Below are positions 57,518 through 64,000 of a stretch of 64,000 bases of DNA, one piece after another. The position numbers were made by a program, and so were the translations under genes. Position 1 is the stretch's first letter; every line of letters begins with the position of its first letter. A model generated the notes under the pieces. The model ran no database searches and was not told the origin of the DNA. It was given only the letters and a program-made list of their open reading frames with translations. This stretch comes from an uncultured virus (IMG/VR IMGVR_UViG_3300008050_000035) (taxonomy: Duplodnaviria; Heunggongvirae; Uroviricota; Caudoviricetes). The stretch is from IMG/VR virus record IMGVR_UViG_3300008050_000035, positions 1-64,000 of that record; one strand, given 5' to 3'.

Positions 57518-59796
57518 TACTTTCTCCTTCTCCGAATAGAGCGTCGTCTTTCTTTGCGTCTACTCACTACATGGGAGCTCACACTTGAATCTCCCTCGTA
57601 CAAGTGCTCAGTGTCATCACCGTATCCACGATAATCCTTCGCCTTATTCTTAAGCCATTCTCCTACAGAAAAGCCTTTTTTGTCCACTCTGTCTCGACCT
57701 CGTTGCTGTACTCTACCTTTTTGCTGCTGGTTGCGTTTTGCAGCATCAGCAGCAGTCTCACCCTCTCTCATTGTCTGAAGGAGTTCGATAGCTCCTGGAA
57801 AAGTAGTTTGCTGACGTTTAATTAAACCCAGAACTTCAGAACCAGGACTATCTTTACCACGCTCAGACTTGGCAGCACGTTCATCTAAATATTCTCTACT
57901 CATAGCCTTCGGTCGGCTGTGGGCCATGTTCCTTCCACTATAAAGACCATTTTCAAGTTGAATGCCAGCCAGTGCAAGCATTAGTGCATCTAGTCTGTGA
58001 TCGCCAACCCGATCGGACTCAGCCCCATACACCGGCTTGTTGGTAATATGAGACCTTCGCAAAACAACATAATTCAGCATCTGTTTGCGTAAATGGTCCT
58101 CGGTGCTTGGCATCCAAAAGATGCCATCTTCCATAACGCGCACAGCAAACTCAACCAAAAATTCCTTTCCTGTCTTGTGAATCTTTGCGCCGTCAATGGG
58201 ACTGCGCAACTCAACTTTAGAACTAAAGTTAAAAGACACAAGTCTATCTTTAATTTTAGCTGTCTCTACGTCACGGCGAGTAACCTTGGGTTGCATAGCT
58301 ACCTGAGCGCTAAGGACTTTGAGATCTTCAATGATCGTATGCCCATAACCTTCATCAGCATAGATGTAGTCGGGTTTCCATTTGTAATTTAAACGAACAA
58401 CCTCTTCTTTCCATTTCATACTGCTAAATTCACTTGCCTGTACATTCACAATGTCCAAAGCTATGAACCGATGGGTCATTGGATCATACCCAACGACAAC
58501 GAACTCGGTGCCAGCATTTTTGTTCCAGTCAATTCCAATACATTTAAACATCTTGCCGGGATCAAGTACACCAAGTTTCTTTCGCATGTATGCTTCGTCA
58601 ATACAGCGTTTTATATCATAATCTTTCATCGCAGCATAGACATATGATGGTTTGAAAACACCATAGCTGGTATCAACGAACAGAGCCATATACTCTTTAT
58701 TAAAGTCCTCTTTGGAACCCTCTTTCTCATAAAGCTTTTTATTCTTATCCCACTGAGGAAGGACAGTTGAAGGAAGATGATCTTCTTTAAAAGAGTCATC
58801 TTCTAGACACCATTCGTAAAATTTGGCACGCTTACCAATTGGAGTGCTGGTAGCAATAAGCATAACTTCACCGAGCGCATCGGTCAGAAGGATAGGAAGG
58901 ACAACTTTATTCAAAGTCTCTTCCGGAATCATGTCCATTTCATCAAGATAAATAATATTAGCGTTACGCCCACGCATGGTACCACCACCAGAACCATCGG
59001 CTTTGGTGGCAACACCAGAGACGAAGCCGTTAATTACAGCTCCATTATCCATATCCATATGAAAGTACGGGGTCTTAACATAATAAGACCCACCTGACGC
59101 GGTCTTGATTCGTTTACTCAATTCGTAAGCTTCTTTGCGCTTAAGTAGTTTCTCCATCTCGTCAAAAATATTAAGCAGCTGAGACTGAAATGGAGTAACA
59201 ACCATAATCTCTGGACCGGTCATAATCTTCTCGCCAGTCTTTTTATCGGTGCCGCGCTGTACCTCTCGATTGTACGCCAGGTACAGTAGCTTCAATGCAA
59301 TAATAAAAGTTTTACCACTACGACGACCTTCCCTGATGACTAATTTTTCACTAGTGCACCGAAGCTGTTCTTTCTGATATGAACGCAAATTCCATGTAGG
59401 GTCCGCATCGTCAAAACCGAACATCAAGGTCGCCCAAGCAACTGGGTCTATGGTACTTTTAAGCAGCAACTGGGCCCGTTCTGGGTCCATGTTGTTTTCT
59501 ACAATCATTTTTCGCAGAGTGCCAGCACTGCCAGGAGGTAGGCTTTTTGCAATACCTTTGCAGGGCACTTTGAATTCGTTGATAATGTTACCATCATCAT
59601 CTCGTCTTCCTGCGTACTTTATCATTTGTCTTGCTTGGCAGTTGATGCAAGACCTGTGGACATCTGTACGAATTCCATACTTGTTAGATAGCCAGTCTAT
59701 GTCTTGGATATCTAATCGAGCGTCAGGATTTTGATATTCAACCCCATACTCATTTTTAACATAAAGTTTCTTCTTGATTTCAGTTAGATTCGGCAT
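57517..59796 (-). CDS. terL: Terminase large subunit
   Basis: LRSYQ adenine-binding motif, Walker A EGRRSGKT, Walker B IIYLDEMD, coupling motif ATSTP, and RNase H-like nuclease residues IGIDWN, YADEGYG and DHRLDAL. Confidence 0.95.
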   Translation of the reverse strand: MPNLTEIKKKLYVKNEYGVEYQNPDARLDIQDIDWLSNKYGIRTDVHRSCINCQARQMIKYAGRRDDDGNIINEFKVPCKGIAKSLPPGSAGTLRKMIVENNMDPERAQLLLKSTIDPVAWATLMFGFDDADPTWNLRSYQKEQLRCTSEKLVIREGRRSGKTFIIALKLLYLAYNREVQRGTDKKTGEKIMTGPEIMVVTPFQSQLLNIFDEMEKLLKRKEAYELSKRIKTASGGSYYVKTPYFHMDMDNGAVINGFVSGVATKADGSGGGTMRGRNANIIYLDEMDMIPEETLNKVVLPILLTDALGEVMLIATSTPIGKRAKFYEWCLEDDSFKEDHLPSTVLPQWDKNKKLYEKEGSKEDFNKEYMALFVDTSYGVFKPSYVYAAMKDYDIKRCIDEAYMRKKLGVLDPGKMFKCIGIDWNKNAGTEFVVVGYDPMTHRFIALDIVNVQASEFSSMKWKEEVVRLNYKWKPDYIYADEGYGHTIIEDLKVLSAQVAMQPKVTRRDVETAKIKDRLVSFNFSSKVELRSPIDGAKIHKTGKEFLVEFAVRVMEDGIFWMPSTEDHLRKQMLNYVVLRRSHITNKPVYGAESDRVGDHRLDALMLALAGIQLENGLYSGRNMAHSRPKAMSREYLDERAAKSERGKDSPGSEVLGLIKRQQTTFPGAIELLQTMREGETAADAAKRNQQQKGRVQQRGRDRVDKKGFSVGEWLKNKAKDYRGYGDDTEHLYEGDSSVSSHVVSRRKERRRSIRRRRK

Positions 59797-60196
59797 CCTG
59801 TGCGTTCCCCAAATAGACCACTGTGCAATTGCCTAGCTTCAAGAACGGGCGCACATGTGTCTTCCAAGCTTTAGCATTCACACCATGGGCGTCTTCGACA
59901 AGGTAAGCCTTTGAAGGAACTCTGTTTTTCGACCCACTTACTACATGCAAGTTTTGTCCAGTTTCTAAATTAACACACTGCAAAGAGCCACCATTTTCAA
60001 ACGAAACACGAACAAGTGGATTCGTTTGGGAAACTGAGACCTTGTCAAGATGATACGCGAGCTCCCTGACTAAAGCTCTGTCTAGCGCATCGAACCAAAC
60101 ACCAGAGCCAAACAAAATTAAATCTTGTTTCTCTTTGGCAGCTTCGTTGAGAAGCTGTGTTGCAAGCCTAAGTCTGCTCTCGTATAGCATAGCCAC
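59780..60196 (-). CDS. Small protein resembling a degenerate terminase ATPase half-domain
   Basis: VSFENGGSLQCV...AYLVEDAHGV...WKTHVRPFL...TVVYLGN parallels TerL MDMDNGAVINGF...IIYLDEMDMI...VVLPIL...VMLIATS; there is no Walker A. Confidence 0.5.
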   Translation of the reverse strand: MAMLYESRLRLATQLLNEAAKEKQDLILFGSGVWFDALDRALVRELAYHLDKVSVSQTNPLVRVSFENGGSLQCVNLETGQNLHVVSGSKNRVPSKAYLVEDAHGVNAKAWKTHVRPFLKLGNCTVVYLGNAQDAESN

Positions 60197-60197
60197 C

Positions 60198-60521
60198 TCA
60201 AAACATACTAAAAATCAATCCTGCAATCCCGCTGGCGATAAGAGACGCAACAGCTGAAGCAATTCCAATGTAAATTTTGGTACTCTGTTGCAGACTTATC
60301 ATCTGTTTATCAAGATCGGCAGTACGAACTTCCAGAGCCTCACGTTTTCTTCTCTCAGCTTCCAGAGCATTTTCAAAATCTTGACGCATAACAGTCTCCC
60401 CCCTGAGATGAGATATCTCAAGACGAATATCATTCATGCTGTCTTTGACTTCGCTAAGCTCTGTTTGTAATAACAATTTGATCTCCGCAATAAGCTGGGC
60501 AGGTTGAATTTGATTACTCAT
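60198..60521 (-). CDS. Coiled-coil protein with C-terminal transmembrane helix (holin/XhlA-like)
   Basis: Start at ATG 60521 with a GGAGGT ribosome-binding site; C-terminal IYIGIASAVASLIASGIAGLIFSMF. Confidence 0.6.
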   Translation of the reverse strand: MSNQIQPAQLIAEIKLLLQTELSEVKDSMNDIRLEISHLRGETVMRQDFENALEAERRKREALEVRTADLDKQMISLQQSTKIYIGIASAVASLIASGIAGLIFSMF

Positions 60522-60702
60522 CTTCCACCTCCTTTTCACAAACCGTATGACAAGTGTACTCTATCATTATATTTTTCACAGCTCCGTTTTTAATAGAGTT
60601 TGTTTTGGGTTCTTGTATTACAAGAAGCTGAGAGGGTTTTTGCTCTGTGACCAACTCGTTAAGTTGGTCAAGAAGGAAGATCAACCTGCCTAATCTATTC
60701 AT
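60514..60702 (-). CDS. Hypothetical protein (62 aa)
   Basis: ATGA overlap with the upstream gene; fills the gap exactly. Confidence 0.5.
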   Translation of the reverse strand: MNRLGRLIFLLDQLNELVTEQKPSQLLVIQEPKTNSIKNGAVKNIMIEYTCHTVCEKEVEDE

Positions 60703-61607
60703 CTGTACCTACTGTGATAATTTTTACTGGGCATGTGCATAAAACCTGCCTCTTGCCCTAAGGCACTTCGTGCGTTTAAGTGTGATTTGTGCATTGCTTG
60801 CACAGCTCTGGAGCGCATAGTCATCGCATTCTGAGTCATAAAAGCTGCCATGCTACCACTGGTGTCAATACCACGCTGTCGTTGGCGATGCTGATACCCT
60901 TGTCGAAGAATGGCTGTGCTGCCTTTAACAACGGCAGCACTAGCAGCTGCCGTGACTCCAACAGCAGCCATGCCACCTGCAATTAGCGGATTGGTAGCTG
61001 CAAAACGCAAAGGCGCAGCTCCAATAAAACCACCAATAAAAGCACCAGGAGTACCTAAAGCTGCTTGACCAATGGAAGCTCCAATGCCAGCTCCAGCGAA
61101 CCTAGCCATGCCGCCAATTATGCCTGCCCCACCACCAAATGCAATCCTAGCACCAGCAGTTTTTACTCCAGTTTGAGCAATCCTAGACATAAATCCAATG
61201 TTTGCGCTAGGACCACTTGTGCCTAACGCCCCATATGCAAACCGTGCTACAGCACTAGCTGTTGCCACTTCCCAAACCGCTGCATCCTTGGCACCAGTCC
61301 ATCCACCTTCCTGACCGGCCGAGTAAACATTATAAAAACTAAAAGCCCCACCTGCTGCGCTTCCAAGCATGCGTCTTCCCACGCCTTTAGGAAACATCCT
61401 TCGGGCAATATCTGGCATAACTGTTGTAGGAGAAGCATCCAGAAGTGCATTGTACCCGTGCCACCTAACACCATTAGGTAAACCCTTTACAGGCTCAAAA
61501 CCTCCAGCAAGCATACCTCCTGCCTGAGCGTAATTCCGAAACCCACTTGCGTATGGATTGTTCCAGGTCTTTCCGATAGTATTTTTAAGTCCTTCCCACA
61601 TTCTCAC
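60699..61607 (-). CDS. Gly/Ala-rich hydrophobic protein (possible membrane-inserting ejected/pilot protein)
   Basis: 302 aa with extended glycine-zipper segments (FGGGAGIIGGMARFAGAGIGASIGQAALGTPGAFIGGFIGA) and a basic C-terminus. Confidence 0.6.
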   Translation of the reverse strand: MRMWEGLKNTIGKTWNNPYASGFRNYAQAGGMLAGGFEPVKGLPNGVRWHGYNALLDASPTTVMPDIARRMFPKGVGRRMLGSAAGGAFSFYNVYSAGQEGGWTGAKDAAVWEVATASAVARFAYGALGTSGPSANIGFMSRIAQTGVKTAGARIAFGGGAGIIGGMARFAGAGIGASIGQAALGTPGAFIGGFIGAAPLRFAATNPLIAGGMAAVGVTAAASAAVVKGSTAILRQGYQHRQRQRGIDTSGSMAAFMTQNAMTMRSRAVQAMHKSHLNARSALGQEAGFMHMPSKNYHSRYR

Positions 61608-64000
61608 ATCCTATGGTGGCCAATTGGGCTACTGCTACTTAGAGCCTGTAATGTTTTTCTTTGGTGAAGGGCCATCCGGGCCTTTCTTGCCCTAGAAAGA
61701 GCCTTTCCCGAACCATACTGTTTAAAAGCAGCTGATCGACGTTTGCTGTGAATCTGGTTGCTGGTACCAACAGTGTCAAGAGCCATAACGGCATCAAGAC
61801 GACCGTATCCGTTTCTATGGCTAAGTTTATTACTGTTTTCATTACGTCCTTTTGTTCTGATGAAGCCAGCAAGATCTTGAAGCTGTTCCTGCATATAACT
61901 TGTGCTCGGGGTACTTGCAGCCGACATAATTTGTGGGCCAACATGGTCTGCCCCCACATTGTAACGACTACCTAGATCCGCAGCAAGTGCAGCCGAAGCT
62001 GGTGTAAACTGCCCTGATGTTTGGGCAGCATTCATTGCGCTTACCATCATCATTGTTCCGGCGTTCTTCACAACAGATTCAGGATTGGCCAACTGGTTAA
62101 ATGTCACTCTGTTTCCAGAAGCAGCTGTATGCTCATAAAAACTACGAGCCCATGGCTGGCTCCACATACCCCTGTTAGTCTGATAGGCTCTTGTTTCAGC
62201 TTCTTTTAGCGCAGCATAATTAATACTTGCGTATTGTGCCTTTCCAAAAGGCAAATGGCTAGCTATTCCTCTTTTCACAAGTTCGTAGTTAAGGTTTCGC
62301 CCATCAGCGTAAACAGCACCCAGTGCACGACCATATGTTATTTCGTTTGGGTTGAAGATTAAATCAATATCACTGGCGCCAGCAAGCATAGCTTGGAAAG
62401 CCTGCGTTGCTTGATTGGCAAATGGTTGTGCCGGTCTATCTCCGTGTGCAACTTCCGGAGAGTCAAGGCCAGCCAGTCGGAAACTATAAGACTTATTTAA
62501 ACCAAAGAAATCTTGCAATGCACCTGTGAGCCCACCTCTGCGAATTGTTACAGTATCAGCATCGTCTGCCGTAAGTTTCCAGTTCCCATCTTTAATATTG
62601 ATCTTTTTCAGATCTCCTCTCATGCCGTAATCAGCACCCGCAACTGTTTGTCCACTTTTTACAAAATCATAGCCACCACCAATAAATGGACTCCAGGTAG
62701 GCAGCGAAGGCACCTTGTTTTGATAGTGTTGTGCTCCGTACTGGACACGCAACCACTTCTCTCGCTCGCGGAGCATTTCTTGGTCGATGAAAACTTGCTG
62801 AACCCCAACAGGTCCACGGTATGGTGAACCAAAGTCAGTCATGCTATGGCGTTGCTGTTTCGCAACGGCTCCCTCGGACATTCCCTCGATTTGCTGCCTG
62901 CTAACCCATTCGTCATAACCATAATGCAGAATGGATTCTGGGCGTGCAGGCTGTTGTTGAAACACGCTTGCCGTCGCTCCAATAGCTGACAATGCAGCAG
63001 CAGCGCCTGCAAATACGCCTGCACGCCCTCGTGCGGCCCTAACACCCATCTCCATAAGCTCAAGGCCAACACCAGCCTTCGGTCGCTGCAGGACCTTGCT
63101 TAAGCGTGCACTTGCACCGCCAACTTGAATTTGAGAATACTGGTTGCGCAACTGAGAAAGACGATCGTGTACATATCGATTAAGACCTTGCTCGTCCTGA
63201 GAGTGCTGACTCATGCGTTGCCAAAGCGCATCTAAATCAACCTGGTCGTAACGTCCCTCTGCACGCACGTGCCCAAGGACCTGATCCATTGTACTGTAAT
63301 TTGTACGCGTACTTCTTGTGCGCCAAACCTGAGTAAACTGCCCTTTGGGTGTAAGTTGGCTTTGAGCGAAAGGCAAACCGCCTTGTCGCTGCTGAGTAAA
63401 CCCTTGTTTTAAGATATCCTGCTGAGCGCGTTGCAGTCGTTTCAGAGCCTGCTCTTCCTGCAGGATCGGTGAGTGTTCTTCCAGAGCCTGGAAATACATA
63501 CTGACTTGCCCTAAGACACCATCGCTACCTTCTTTCAAATATCTCTTACCTAGCTCAGTACCCTCTGCTACGTGTTGAAGAGCACTAGTAAGCTTTACCC
63601 CTCTTTCGAGAACATAGCTTTCATGAATAGCTACATCTTCTGCTGCACGGTGAACTTCCCTCATTCCGATACGCTCGGTATTGCCCTCTGCAAGAGCGTG
63701 GAGCCTGTGAGAGATATCTACACCTGTACCAAGGTAGTTTAAGTCCTTCTCTGTGAAGCCAAGTTTCTTTCCGTACGAATGGAGTGCGCGCGTCACATCC
63801 TGAATATCACGAACTGCCGTCTCCCCCGCCTTGGGTTGGTTTTGCAGGTAAGCTTTCCAAACACCAGTCCAATCTCCATTTGCTTGAGCACGAGTGCGTG
63901 CACGAGTAACTTCTGAACCAGTTACGTAGAACGGGTCGGGGCTTTGCGGATTCCATGTCTCTAATCCGGACTTGAACTGCTCAGCAGCTTCGGGACCCAG
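61604..64000 (-). CDS. Multidomain nuclease, partial (start lies outside the window): DEDDh-exonuclease-like C-terminal motifs plus a staphylococcal nuclease (SNase) domain
   Basis: The frame stays open from 63796 to 64000 (LGPEAAEQF...RDIQDVTRAL), so the tracked GTG start is probably internal. SNase motifs DADT, FRLAGLDSPE, QPFA, YGRALG.VY.DG.NLNYELVKRGIA and AETRA...RGMW lie at about 62160-62580; EVHRAAED lies at 63635-63658. Confidence 0.8.
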   Translation of the reverse strand: MGPEAAEQFKSGLETWNPQSPDPFYVTGSEVTRARTRAQANGDWTGVWKAYLQNQPKAGETAVRDIQDVTRALHSYGKKLGFTEKDLNYLGTGVDISHRLHALAEGNTERIGMREVHRAAEDVAIHESYVLERGVKLTSALQHVAEGTELGKRYLKEGSDGVLGQVSMYFQALEEHSPILQEEQALKRLQRAQQDILKQGFTQQRQGGLPFAQSQLTPKGQFTQVWRTRSTRTNYSTMDQVLGHVRAEGRYDQVDLDALWQRMSQHSQDEQGLNRYVHDRLSQLRNQYSQIQVGGASARLSKVLQRPKAGVGLELMEMGVRAARGRAGVFAGAAAALSAIGATASVFQQQPARPESILHYGYDEWVSRQQIEGMSEGAVAKQQRHSMTDFGSPYRGPVGVQQVFIDQEMLREREKWLRVQYGAQHYQNKVPSLPTWSPFIGGGYDFVKSGQTVAGADYGMRGDLKKINIKDGNWKLTADDADTVTIRRGGLTGALQDFFGLNKSYSFRLAGLDSPEVAHGDRPAQPFANQATQAFQAMLAGASDIDLIFNPNEITYGRALGAVYADGRNLNYELVKRGIASHLPFGKAQYASINYAALKEAETRAYQTNRGMWSQPWARSFYEHTAASGNRVTFNQLANPESVVKNAGTMMMVSAMNAAQTSGQFTPASAALAADLGSRYNVGADHVGPQIMSAASTPSTSYMQEQLQDLAGFIRTKGRNENSNKLSHRNGYGRLDAVMALDTVGTSNQIHSKRRSAAFKQYGSGKALSRARKARMALHQRKTLQALSSSSPIGHHRM

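Larger units (their letters stand above)
1..64000 (-). mobile_element. Large myovirus-type bacteriophage genome segment (head, neck, contractile tail, baseplate and virion-cargo genes)
   Basis: All long ORFs are on the minus strand with almost no intergenic space. Terminase, portal, protease, capsid, sheath, tube and baseplate occur in canonical order. No host housekeeping genes are present. Confidence 0.96.

Noticed and set aside
57517..59796. Possible intein or intron in the long terminase gene
   Set aside because: I see no C/S...HN splice-junction or LAGLIDADG motifs. ATPase and nuclease motifs are normally spaced, and the extra length is terminal.
61604..63796. Tracked start of the nuclease ORF at GTG 63796
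   Set aside because: The frame is open to the window edge with protein-like sequence, so the true start is probably upstream.
1..64000. Stop-codon reassignment, as in some large phages
   Set aside because: Under the standard code the ORFs tile the window without fragmentation, and TAA, TGA and TAG (55568) all end genes at junctions.
1..64000. Bacterial contractile injection system (eCIS/tailocin) rather than phage
   Set aside because: Terminase, portal, prohead protease and major capsid genes are present and intact.
1..64000. CRISPR arrays, tRNAs, diversity-generating retroelement repeats
   Set aside because: Intergenic gaps are about 100 bp or less and contain only the two hairpins. I saw no repeat-spacer pattern, cloverleaf or reverse transcriptase, though a by-eye scan could miss diverged repeats.

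Overview
The window is one tightly packed, minus-strand morphogenesis region of a large contractile-tailed phage (myovirus, probably a large or jumbo genome), open at both ends. In transcription order (64000 to 1): a partial nuclease protein (DEDDh-like remnant plus staphylococcal-nuclease domain); Gly/Ala-rich proteins; a holin-like protein; a degenerate terminase-ATPase-like ORF; terminase large subunit; several unknowns; portal; prohead protease/scaffold; head decoration protein; HK97-fold major capsid; Ig-domain and neck proteins; sheath; three tube paralogues; two paralogous tail chaperones; a tape-measure-like protein; a 1707-aa protein; a 3005-aa hub/M23 megaprotein; baseplate wedge proteins; and fibre/appendage proteins. 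The main finding is the 1707-aa protein (28064-33187) in the tape-measure slot. It carries, in the correct order, divergent versions of both the beta-type and beta'-type double-psi-barrel motifs of two-barrel RNA polymerases, including DMDGD. It is therefore a candidate single-chain virion RNA polymerase, encoded as its own gene and sharing a C-terminal signature with the tape-measure-like protein. It belongs to a set of five apparently Cys-free, G/A/M/R-rich proteins, including the nuclease, that look like injected cargo. All calls come from reading motifs and gene order by eye; no database searches were run. I saw no tRNA, rRNA, CRISPR array, integrase or transposase.
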